Source: Dehalococcoidia bacterium
GTDB taxonomy: Bacteria > Chloroflexota > Dehalococcoidia > Lucifugimonadales > Australimonadaceae
NCBI GenBank assembly: GCA_965206315.1
Contig: OZ242210.1
Location: 2,343,560-2,407,559 of the forward strand
DNA length: 64,000 nt
Direction: 5' to 3'
This document shows positions 1-7,728 of the stretch, in pieces (within the stretch, counting starts at the first letter, position 1; each line of letters begins with the position of its first letter). The notes under the pieces are model-generated. The model was not told the origin of the DNA and made no database searches. It saw nothing but the letters and a program-made list of their open reading frames with translations. Made by a program: the position numbers and the translations under genes.

Positions 1-218
1 TGGGCGGGGAAGTCCTTGATGTCGGCGCCCGCCGAGAACGCCTTCTCCCCCGCACCGGTGAGGATGACGACGCGCACGCTCTCGTCCGCCCCGAGCCGCA
101 GCGCTGCGTCGCGCAGCAGCCCCCACATCTCGAAGTCGATGGCGTTGTGCTGTCCGGGCCGGTTCAGCGTGATCGTCCCGACCCCGTCCTCCACCCCGAC
201 GAGTACCTTGTCGCTCAT
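1..218 (-). CDS. enoyl-CoA hydratase/isomerase (crotonase) family protein, 5' part only (gene runs off the left edge)
   Basis: Not in the ORF track because there is no stop in the window. Reverse translation from ATG at 218-216 gives MSDKVLVGVEDGVGTITLNRPGQHNAIDFEMWGLLRDAALRLGADESVRVVILTGAGEKAFSAGADIKDF. This is the canonical crotonase N-terminus (ITLNRP, VVILTGAG.KAFSAGADI). Confidence 0.8.
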   Translation of the reverse strand, partial: MSDKVLVGVEDGVGTITLNRPGQHNAIDFEMWGLLRDAALRLGADESVRVVILTGAGEKAFSAGADIKDFPA

Positions 219-237
219 GGGGAGCAAGTATATCGGG

Positions 238-657
238 TCAGCAGGCTGCGAGGCGTTCCCGTGCCTCGTGCGCGGTGAGGATGGGAATGGCAAAGACGGG
301 AGCGAGTGAGAGGAGGTCTGCGTCTCCTGTAACCAGCACATCGGCTTCGCCGACAACGGCCAACTGGAGGAACGGGATATCGGATGGGTCACGGCACTCA
401 GGTACGGGCGTGTCGCTGGGCACATCGATAACCTCGCACCGAGGGAGATAGTCAGCGGCCAGTTCGCTCTGTTGATTCTCGTCCAGGCTTGACCTGCGGT
501 AGGCGAGCACTCGCAGCAACTCGCTGGCTGTAGCTGAACTCGCCAGTGGGGTGATGAGTTCGGTCTGCCACGCTTCGCGCAGCCAGGCGAACTGCCCTCC
601 GTGGAAGCGTAGGGCTGGGAAGACGACGCTGGTATCGAGTACGAACCTCGGCGGCAT
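238..657 (-). CDS. PIN-domain toxin (VapC-like)
   Basis: ORF 238..675. Preferred start is MPPRFVLDTSVV at 657, whose ATG overlaps the upstream stop (ATGA, 655-659). It has an N-terminal LDTS acidic motif and a C-terminal VLVTGDADLL PIN-type motif. Confidence 0.7.
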   Translation of the reverse strand: MPPRFVLDTSVVFPALRFHGGQFAWLREAWQTELITPLASSATASELLRVLAYRRSSLDENQQSELAADYLPRCEVIDVPSDTPVPECRDPSDIPFLQLAVVGEADVLVTGDADLLSLAPVFAIPILTAHEARERLAAC

Positions 658-1001
658 CAGCCTCGACGCGCCCATTCGATGGCGTCAGCGATGTCCTGCT
701 CGGTGATGCCTAGCCGGTCCAGGTGGTCTCGCACGGCGTCGGCTCTGGCCGGGTCCATGCGCCGGAGCCAGACCTCCGGGTCGGTGGTGTCCATGGGGAG
801 TTGCAGCCGCTTCATCTTCTCCACGTAAGCCTCGGCGTCGGCGAGCGTCGGTGTCCTGGCAGGAGTCACCCGCATGGGGGTGAGCATGATGCGCCCGTCC
901 TCCTGCGTCACGTCGAAGTAGTCCGTGCCTTGGAACGCAGAGACGATCGCCTTTGGCAGGGTTATCTGGTTCTTGGAAGTGAGCTTGGCAAGCATGACCA
1001 T
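657..1001 (-). CDS. AbrB/MazE/SpoVT-family antitoxin
   Basis: MLAKLTSKNQITLPKAIV is the SpoVT/AbrB swapped-hairpin motif. The gene sits immediately upstream of, and translationally coupled to, the PIN gene. Confidence 0.7.
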   Translation of the reverse strand: MVMLAKLTSKNQITLPKAIVSAFQGTDYFDVTQEDGRIMLTPMRVTPARTPTLADAEAYVEKMKRLQLPMDTTDPEVWLRRMDPARADAVRDHLDRLGITEQDIADAIEWARRG

Positions 1002-1080
1002 TCCTTGAGGTAAGGATGCAAGGGAATCTTACATCCTTGCCGACCGGGAGTCTATTGTCTGGCAACGCGCTGGCAGGGCA

Positions 1081-1803
1081 TCACCTCTGGATGCGTTCAT
1101 AGAGAGCACGCACGACGGCAAATCCGAACACCGACGCGAGCAGTATGCCCAGAAATACGAGAACGTTCGGAGAGACCGCAACAGCAACGAATAGCACTGG
1201 CATTCCCATGAAGAAGATGACTGCCCCTTGGGCGTTCTTCGTCGGGTACGGAGAGGAGGGAGTTGCTTCCTTGGTCACTTCGATCACTACGGTTTCCGCT
1301 GCCTGATCGTGAAGTACGCGCTTGTTGGAGAGGATGGGGCAGAGGACCACAACCGCGACGACAGGAGCGACGAAAACGGTGTACAGCAACTGCAGGCCGC
1401 CAGCTCCCGTCAAGCCAGCCAGACCAGGACTGGTTTCATGCAACGGCAGCCACAGCACTGGGGGAATGGACAGGGCTCCCAGTGATCCGCCTCGGTAGAG
1501 TTCACGCCTGAGGATTGTCGAGCGGGAGCAGCCGGAGCCATCCATGTGGACCACAGAAAGGCGAAAGACCCACTTGCCCAGAGTCTTTCCCCAGCGCAAG
1601 TGGGAAAGAACCGAATACAGGGAGTAGTACCCTGCCCACAGGCACAGAGACCATACTTGAACGAATCCCTCATCCGCTGTGAGGCGCAGGTCGGGGGCAA
1701 TCCATACGTGGACAGGCGCCACGGCCACCAGCAGATACGGGACTAACGCATCCGTCGCCCCCGCGGACAAACGGAGGAATGTGTTAGCAGGCCTTGGAGC
1801 CAT
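1081..1803 (-). CDS. RDD-family integral membrane protein
   Basis: 240-aa ORF with several hydrophobic spans and an RDD-like core (LRWGKTLGKWVFRLSVV). Confidence 0.5.
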   Translation of the reverse strand: MAPRPANTFLRLSAGATDALVPYLLVAVAPVHVWIAPDLRLTADEGFVQVWSLCLWAGYYSLYSVLSHLRWGKTLGKWVFRLSVVHMDGSGCSRSTILRRELYRGGSLGALSIPPVLWLPLHETSPGLAGLTGAGGLQLLYTVFVAPVVAVVVLCPILSNKRVLHDQAAETVVIEVTKEATPSSPYPTKNAQGAVIFFMGMPVLFVAVAVSPNVLVFLGILLASVFGFAVVRALYERIQR

Positions 1804-1864
1804 CGCGTGTCTCGATGAGAGTCTTCGAGGGAACCCGGTGCTGGACTACCGGAGACAGTGTCCC

Positions 1865-2641
1865 CTACAGGTCCTTGCTCACCAGCTCCGTGTAGTACTT
1901 CCAGACGCCACCGATGAGGACCGGCGGCATGTTGGCGAGCGGACGGGCGAGGTGCGGGGCCTCGCGCATCGCCGCCTGGCCCGTGGCGAACTCGTCCATG
2001 CTCTCGTCCGGGATGCCCTTGTAGTCCGGCCCGAACGCCGCCAGCGCGACCCAGTTGAGGCGCGACTGCTCCTCCAGGTGCAGCATGTTCATCACGGACT
2101 GCTCCATGTTCCGCCCCGTCGTCACCGCGCCGTGTCCGCGCAGCAGGAGCGCCGGGCTGTTGCCGATCGCCTCGACCACCTGCATGCCGTCCTCCTCCGT
2201 GATGATGAGCTTGGAGTGCGGGAACACGGGGATGTCGTTCCGCACGAGCTGGTGCCCCTCGTTCGACATCGGCTTCAGCTTCACGTCGTTCAGCCCCAGG
2301 ACGTTCGTGTAGCGCGGGTGGGTGTGGACGACCGACAGCACGTCCGGGCGCTCGCGGTAGATGCACGAGTGCATCTTCACCTCATAGCACTGCGAGGTGC
2401 CCTTAGGGCCGTCGATGAAGTTGCCGTCCGTGTCGACGACGATCATCTCCTCCGGCCTCACGACGGCGAGGGCGTCCGTCTCGTAGCCGCGCCCCTTCAC
2501 GACGAAGAGGTCCGGTTGGTTGGGGACACGCATGCTGACGTGTCCCAGCGAGGCGAGGATGTGCGTGGCGAGGCCCATCTCCGCCAGGACGCGGTTGGCG
2601 ATGGCGACTTCCCGTTTGACTTCGTCGAGTTCGCGTGACAT
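1865..2641 (-). CDS. class II aldolase/adducin family protein
   Basis: ORF 1865..2803, trimmed to MSRELDEVKREVAIANRVL (M55), which follows a GGAGG RBS. Carries the VVHTHP metal-binding motif and LLRGHGAVTTG. Confidence 0.8.
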   Translation of the reverse strand: MSRELDEVKREVAIANRVLAEMGLATHILASLGHVSMRVPNQPDLFVVKGRGYETDALAVVRPEEMIVVDTDGNFIDGPKGTSQCYEVKMHSCIYRERPDVLSVVHTHPRYTNVLGLNDVKLKPMSNEGHQLVRNDIPVFPHSKLIITEEDGMQVVEAIGNSPALLLRGHGAVTTGRNMEQSVMNMLHLEEQSRLNWVALAAFGPDYKGIPDESMDEFATGQAAMREAPHLARPLANMPPVLIGGVWKYYTELVSKDL

Positions 2642-2815
2642 GAGGCTTCCTCCGTGGCTATTGAGACTTCCCCGCTTGTTATCACCGGCTGCATGGCGCG
2701 TCAAACGCCCCACTCCGTATGTTCCCGCGCAGGCGAGAACCCAGAGGTGTGATGCAGCGTGGGCGCGCGTTGACTGTTTCAGGTGGACTGGTGATACTTC
2801 CATGCGAGGCTAACG

Positions 2816-3094
2816 GTGACCACCGAAGTGAAGCGCTACCGGCTGCTCTGCTCCTTGTATCCCCCTGCGGAGTCGACGGAGCCGGACATGTACATGGCTG
2901 AGGTTCCCGCCTTCCCCAACTGCGTCGCCTGGGGCGACACTCCAGACGAGACCCTGGCCATCCTTGAAAGCGTCGTGACGGAGACCATCCGCACCTACGA
3001 GGAGCGCGGATACGCCTTGCCCCCGGGCATAGCCCCATTGGAGACGGCCGCCGCCTTGTCCTCCATGCCCCAGGTGCTGGAGGTATCCGTTTGA
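2816..3094 (+). CDS. hicB: HicB-family antitoxin
   Basis: YMAEVPAFPNCVAWGDTPDETLAILESVV matches the HicB N-domain pattern (vPdlPGC...G.T.eEAl). It is followed by a hicA gene. Confidence 0.7.
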   Translation: MTTEVKRYRLLCSLYPPAESTEPDMYMAEVPAFPNCVAWGDTPDETLAILESVVTETIRTYEERGYALPPGIAPLETAAALSSMPQVLEVSV

Positions 3095-3117
3095 CCTAGG
3101 GGGAACTCACGCGCAGA

Positions 3118-3300
3118 TTGCGAAAGCTGGGCTGCATCTTCGTTCGTCAGGCACGTGGCAGTCATGAGATATGGGCGAACGACAGAACGGGCGCCACTTC
3201 GCCTATACCCCGCCACGGCAACCGTGATCTGAAGCAGGGAGCGCTTCTCAGGATCATCGGCAACCTGGGTATCTCCAAAGAGGAACTGGATAACGCATAA
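3118..3300 (+). CDS. hicA: HicA-family mRNA-interferase toxin
   Basis: TTG start. LRKLGCIFVRQARGSHEIW...IPRHGNRDLKQGALLRIIGNLGI is the HicA GSH...H signature. Confidence 0.7.
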   Translation: MRKLGCIFVRQARGSHEIWANDRTGATSPIPRHGNRDLKQGALLRIIGNLGISKEELDNA

Positions 3301-3352
3301 AGCACGTCCATCCTCGTCGTTCCGGCGCTGTAGCGCGCAACGTCGCAGCCTT

Positions 3353-3388
3353 CATCCCTGATCCTGTCATCCTGTTCATCGATGTTGA
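3353..3388. repeat. repeat module G (ATCCTGTC-type 8-9-mers followed by CATCGATGTTGA)
   Basis: 'catccctgatcctgtcatcctgttcatcgatgttga'. Related copies lie at 5614-5648 and, inverted, at 30066-30106. It abuts the thiI stop codon. Confidence 0.7.
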
Positions 3389-3389
3389 T

Positions 3390-4565
3390 TCATCCCCCCG
3401 GCGCGTGGTACTCGAACACCTTGGCTACAGCCGCTGCCTCGCTCACGAGCGCGGGCACGTCCAGCCGCGCCTCGTGCTCCGCGATCTGCTCCGGCCTGAC
3501 GGCGGTCGCCGGCGACCGCGGCACGAACAGCGTGCAGCAGTCCTCGTCCGGCAGGATCGACGTCTCGTACGTCCCGATCGCCTGCGCTTGGTCGATGATC
3601 TCGCTCTTGTCGAGGCCCACCAGCGGGCGCAGTATCGGCATCGACGCGGCCTCGTCGACCGTTGCGATGTTGCGCAGTGTCTGCGAGCCGACCTGCCCCA
3701 GGCTCTCGCCCGTTACAAGCGCCTGCGCTCCCTCCCGCGCCGCGATCGCCTCGGCGATGCGCACCATGAAGCGACGGTACGCGATGACGCGCAGCGGGCC
3801 GGGGACCTCCAGTATCACGCGGCGCTGCACATCGGCGAACGGCACGAGGTGCAGGCGGGTGTCGTACTGCCACGCGTTGAGCGACTCCGCGAGCTCCTTG
3901 GCCTTGTCGCGTGAACGCCCTTCCACGAGCGGGAAGGCGTGGAAGTGGACGAGCACCGCCTTGCAGCCGCGCCGCATCATGCGCCACGCGGCAACCGGCG
4001 AATCGATGCCTCCCGACATCATCACCGCGACTTTGCCGCCGGTGCCGACGGGCAGGCCGCCCGCGCCGCGATAGTCGTCCGCGTAGACGAACGCGTCGTC
4101 GCGCCCCACCACCACGCGGAAGTCGGCCTCCGGGTGTGCGAGGTCGACGCGCGCGCCGGTTGCCTCGCGTATCTCGTCGCCGAGGCGCACGTTGAGGTCG
4201 TGGGAGGTGAGGGGAAACGTCTTGTCGGTCCGGTTCGCCGAGATGCGGAACGTGTCGAAGGAACGTGCGCCCGCCGTCTCGCCGAGCAGAGCGGAGATGT
4301 GCGCGTACTCGGGCTCGGTGCGGGCGGCGAGGCTGAACTTCACCGCGCCGAACACCGTCGCTGTTCGCGCACGGACAGACTCCCAGTCCGCTTCGGGCGC
4401 GAGGCGCATCCGCACCAGCATGCGCGTTGCCCAGACGCGCTCGACGCCGAGCCCGGTGGTCGCTCGTTCGAGGTTCTCGACGAGACGTCGCACGAACATG
4501 GGTTGGTTCTTGCCCTTCAGCCCGATCTCATGGAACCGGACGAGCACGTCACGCGGCTGCTGCAC
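3390..4565 (-). CDS. thiI: tRNA 4-thiouridine(8) synthase ThiI
   Basis: ORF 3390..4625. Has the VLVRFHEIGLKGKN N-terminus, a THUMP region and the PP-loop MMSGGIDSPVAAW. The GTG at 4565 is preferred over the upstream ATG because residues 1-20 read through a degenerate repeat module. The start is uncertain. Confidence 0.9.
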   Translation of the reverse strand: MQQPRDVLVRFHEIGLKGKNQPMFVRRLVENLERATTGLGVERVWATRMLVRMRLAPEADWESVRARTATVFGAVKFSLAARTEPEYAHISALLGETAGARSFDTFRISANRTDKTFPLTSHDLNVRLGDEIREATGARVDLAHPEADFRVVVGRDDAFVYADDYRGAGGLPVGTGGKVAVMMSGGIDSPVAAWRMMRRGCKAVLVHFHAFPLVEGRSRDKAKELAESLNAWQYDTRLHLVPFADVQRRVILEVPGPLRVIAYRRFMVRIAEAIAAREGAQALVTGESLGQVGSQTLRNIATVDEAASMPILRPLVGLDKSEIIDQAQAIGTYETSILPDEDCCTLFVPRSPATAVRPEQIAEHEARLDVPALVSEAAAVAKVFEYHAPGG

Positions 4566-4855
4566 CCTGGCGCTTCTCCTGTTCCCGTCATTCCCACGAA
4601 GACACTTCATCCAAAACCGGCTCATTTCGGCTCATCCGGCAGGATTCACTCGTAAACAGGGCCTCCGGCGTGAGCCTCCGGGGGTTCAACCGGCTCATTT
4701 TCACGCGAAATCCGAGCCCTTGTGAGCCCTTTGAGCCTGCCTCCTCGCTGTCCGGCCGGGGCTCCCGCGCAGCAGGGGACCGCCGACAGGACCATGGTAC
4801 GGAAGCGGAGCGCGACCGCGAAAGGGGCGGGTGTCGCCGAAAGGCGCTTATGCCT

Positions 4856-4900
4856 GTCATGCTGAGCGGAGCCGGAGGCGGAGTCGCAATATCTCTCGGG
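4856..4900 (+). repeat. repeat module A (GTCATKCYGAGCGGAGC...ATCTCTCGGG)
   Basis: 'gtcatgctgagcggagccggaggcggagtcgcaatatctctcggg'. Near-identical to 9806-9850. Confidence 0.8.
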
Positions 4901-4907
4901 CGCGGCC

Positions 4908-5357
4908 TCAGGCGGCCCGGTCCTCGACCACGAGGTTGCGCCCGACCGCCCGGAGCGCCTTCATCACCGAGCTGATGTGGGAGCGGTGGTCGGGGTCCAC
5001 CAGCTTCCGCACTGCGGACTCGCTGACGCCGAGGCGTTCCCCGAGCGCAACGTTGGTGATGCGCTGCTCCCGCATCGCCGTATAGAGCGCCAGCTTTGCC
5101 GCAACGATGGGGGGTACGGAGATCAGTACTTGCCCCTCTTCGAGTGGGCCTGGAACGGGGATGTCTCTGCGGGTCTCGACGTGCATTCCCAAGGCAACTT
5201 CGAGGCAGTCCTCGGCCATCGCTACCGCCTCTTCCCATGACCACCCCCCCGTGTTGGCCCCGTACACGTCCGGGAAGGTCACGTTGTACGCTTCTCTCCC
5301 GGACACTCGTGCTTCTTCCTCATCCCGGACGATATTGCAAGGATAGGCGTAGCGCAT
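4908..5357 (-). CDS. hicB: HicB-family antitoxin with C-terminal HTH
   Basis: The N-terminal HicB fold (YNVTFPDVYGANTGGWSWEEAVAMAEDCL) is followed by an XRE-like HTH (ITNVALGERLGVSESAVRKL). Confidence 0.7.
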   Translation of the reverse strand: MRYAYPCNIVRDEEEARVSGREAYNVTFPDVYGANTGGWSWEEAVAMAEDCLEVALGMHVETRRDIPVPGPLEEGQVLISVPPIVAAKLALYTAMREQRITNVALGERLGVSESAVRKLVDPDHRSHISSVMKALRAVGRNLVVEDRAA

Positions 5358-5360
5358 CGT

Positions 5361-5579
5361 CTACAGCTCCCTTCTGTCTATCTGCAGGTCTTTCAGCATC
5401 GCTGCCAGGGTGCCTGTGGGGATCTCGCCGTGCGGAACGGTCGTGCTGTACATCCCGACCCGCACCATGCCGTGGCTGCCCTTACCGCGGCTGGCGGCAA
5501 ATCGAAATCCAGCCTCTGCCTGCGAGCATAGCGGCGGACCCGCCTGACGAACTCCCTGTCGTTCACACTGCAAGAGCAT
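5361..5579 (-). CDS. hicA: HicA-family toxin, probably N-terminally frameshifted
   Basis: GFRFAASRGKGSHGMVRVGMYSTTVPHGEIPTGTLAAMLKDLQI is the HicA core. The helix expected upstream (NDREFVRRVRRYARRQ) lies in another frame (ORF 5393..5584). Confidence 0.55.
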   Translation of the reverse strand: MLLQCERQGVRQAGPPLCSQAEAGFRFAASRGKGSHGMVRVGMYSTTVPHGEIPTGTLAAMLKDLQIDRREL

Positions 5580-5613
5580 CGCACCTTTAAGTGCGATGCT
5601 GCAACCGGCCCTT

Positions 5614-5648
5614 GTTCCTATCCTGTCGATCCTGTGCATCGATGTTGA
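5614..5648. repeat. repeat module G
   Basis: 'gttcctatcctgtcgatcctgtgcatcgatgttga'. Same family as 3353-3388. Confidence 0.7.
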
Positions 5649-5699
5649 GTATCTCCCCCGAAAACGTCCCGTATCACGCGTGGCGCGCAGCGGTGGGTA

Positions 5700-5708
5700 T
5701 GGGATAAT
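5700..5708 (+). promoter_or_regulatory. possible extended -10 element (TGgGATAAT) giving a leaderless or near-leaderless E1alpha mRNA
   Basis: GATAAT at 5703-5708 is preceded by TG. The ATG at 5718 is only 9 nt downstream, with no Shine-Dalgarno in between. No convincing -35 was seen. Confidence 0.3.
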
Positions 5709-5717
5709 CGAACTACG

Positions 5718-6740
5718 ATGGCAGATGCGGAACTGCAGATCGACCTCCCGGATGCGCCGGCAGATTCGCTGACCACGGAAGACCTGCTGGACATCTACGC
5801 CACCATGCTCCTCGTCCGCACGCTGGACGAGCGGGTGTGGGCGATGAACCGGCAGGGCAAGGCGGCCATCGTCGCATCGAGCCAGGGCCACGAGGCCGCG
5901 CAGCTCGCCTCCGTCTGGGCGCTCCGGAAGAACGCGCCGGACTTCTTCTGCTTCACCTACTACCGCGATCTTGCAGTAACGACAGCTCTCGGCCTAACGG
6001 CGGAGGAGTCGTTGCGGGGCTTCCTCGCGCGGGATGGCGAACCGCTCTCCGGCGCCCGCCAGTTCCCCCAGCACGGGGCTGCCCCGGAGCTGAAGTTCAT
6101 CAACCACTCCAACGTCATCGGCACGCACGTTCCCCAGGCCGTCGGTTGGGCGCTCGGGGCGAAGATGCGCGGCGAGGACACCGTCGTGGCGTGCTTCTTC
6201 GGCGACGGCACGACGAGCCAGGGCGAGGTGCACGAGGCGATGAACTTCGCCTCCATCCACAAACTGCCCATCGTCTTCTTCGTGGAGAACAACAAGTACG
6301 CCATCTCCGTTCCCATGTCGCGCCAGATGGCCATCGAGCGGTACGCGCTGCGGGCCGAGGGGTACGCGATGCCGGGCACGACGGTCGACGGCACCGACGT
6401 GCGCGCCTCGTACCAGGCGGCTTCGACCGCAGTGCAACTCGCGGCGATGGGCGGTGGGCCGAGCATCGTCGAGTTCGACGTGGAGCGTTATCTGCCGCAC
6501 ACGAGCGACGACGACGACACCGTCTACCGGGACCCCGCCGAGATAGAAGAGGCCCGGAAGCGCGACCCGCTGGAGAAACTCCACTCGCTGCTCTCCGGCA
6601 CGGGCTTGCTCTCCGAGGAGCGCGACGCAGCGATGAAGAAGCGGGCGCGCGATGAGGTGAATGTGGCGACCGACGCCGCGGAGGCCGCGCCGTTCCCCAG
6701 CGACGAGGACGTGTTCCGCCACGTGACGAGCGAGACGTAG
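5718..6740 (+). CDS. 2-oxoacid dehydrogenase E1 component, alpha subunit (TPP-dependent)
   Basis: TPP-binding GDGTTSQGEVHEAMNFA...FFVENNKYAIS. Heads an E1alpha/E1beta/E2 operon with 2-nt gaps between genes. Confidence 0.9.
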   Translation: MADAELQIDLPDAPADSLTTEDLLDIYATMLLVRTLDERVWAMNRQGKAAIVASSQGHEAAQLASVWALRKNAPDFFCFTYYRDLAVTTALGLTAEESLRGFLARDGEPLSGARQFPQHGAAPELKFINHSNVIGTHVPQAVGWALGAKMRGEDTVVACFFGDGTTSQGEVHEAMNFASIHKLPIVFFVENNKYAISVPMSRQMAIERYALRAEGYAMPGTTVDGTDVRASYQAASTAVQLAAMGGGPSIVEFDVERYLPHTSDDDDTVYRDPAEIEEARKRDPLEKLHSLLSGTGLLSEERDAAMKKRARDEVNVATDAAEAAPFPSDEDVFRHVTSET

Positions 6741-6742
6741 CG

Positions 6743-7726
6743 ATGGCAGTGGTCACGGTTATAGAGGCGATACGCGACGCGATGCGCGAGGAGATGGAGC
6801 GCGACGGGTCCGTGTTCGTGATGGGCGAGGACGTGGGCCGCAGGGGCGGCGTCTTCCTGGCCACGAAGGACTTCCTGGACGAGTTCGGTGAAGGGCGCGT
6901 CGTCGACACGCCGCTCGCCGAGGCGTCGATAGCCGGCATCGCGGTCGGAGCGGCGTTGTCCGGCCTGCGCCCCATCGCGGAGGTGCAGTTCGCGGACTTC
7001 ATCTGGCCGACGGTGAACCAGATGATCGGCGAGGCCGCGCGCATCCGCTACGGCTCCAACGGGAAGCTGAACGTGCCGATGGTGCTGCGCTCTCCCTACG
7101 GCGGACACGTGCGCGGCGGGCTCTACCACTCCCAGAGCGTCGAGTCGTACTTCGCGCACACGCCCGGGCTGAAGGTGGTCGCCCCTGCGACGCCGTACGA
7201 CGCGAAGGGCCTGCTGAAGGCCGCGATCCGCGACGACGACCCCGTCATCGTGCTCGAGCACAAGCGCACGTACCGCTCGGTGCGCGGCGAGACGCCGGAC
7301 GAGGACTACGTCGTGCCCATCGGCTCCGCGGAGGTGAAGCGCGAGGGGACCGACGCCTCGATCATCACGTACGGCCTCACGCTCCACTACTCGCTGCAGG
7401 CGGCTGCCGAACTGGAGAACGAGGGCGTGAGCGTCGAGGTCGTCGACCTCCGCACGCTGCGTCCGCTCGACACGGAGACAGTGCTGGAGTCGGTGCGCAA
7501 GACGAGCAAGGCGCTCGTGGTGCACGAGGACAACGCCGCCGTGTCGGTCGGGTCGGAGGTGAGCGCGCTCATCGCTGAACACGCATTCGAGTACCTGGAC
7601 GCGCCGGTGATGCGCTGCGCGGGGCCGGAGATACCGGCGATGCCGTTCGCGCCCACGTTGGAGGCGGCGTACATGCCCACGGCGGAGAAGATAGCGGCCA
7701 AACTCAGAGAACTGGTGGCGTACTGA
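6743..7726 (+). CDS. 2-oxoacid dehydrogenase E1 component, beta subunit
   Basis: Transketolase-like pyrimidine-binding and C-terminal domains (VFVMGEDVG..GGVF, EVQFADFIWP, SPYGGHVRGGLYHSQS). Confidence 0.9.
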   Translation: MAVVTVIEAIRDAMREEMERDGSVFVMGEDVGRRGGVFLATKDFLDEFGEGRVVDTPLAEASIAGIAVGAALSGLRPIAEVQFADFIWPTVNQMIGEAARIRYGSNGKLNVPMVLRSPYGGHVRGGLYHSQSVESYFAHTPGLKVVAPATPYDAKGLLKAAIRDDDPVIVLEHKRTYRSVRGETPDEDYVVPIGSAEVKREGTDASIITYGLTLHYSLQAAAELENEGVSVEVVDLRTLRPLDTETVLESVRKTSKALVVHEDNAAVSVGSEVSALIAEHAFEYLDAPVMRCAGPEIPAMPFAPTLEAAYMPTAEKIAAKLRELVAY

Positions 7727-7728
7727 AC

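Noticed and set aside
16-309. 97-aa plus-strand ORF at the left edge
   Set aside because: It is antisense to the clear crotonase N-terminus (1-218), has no motifs, and crosses into the PIN gene 3' end.
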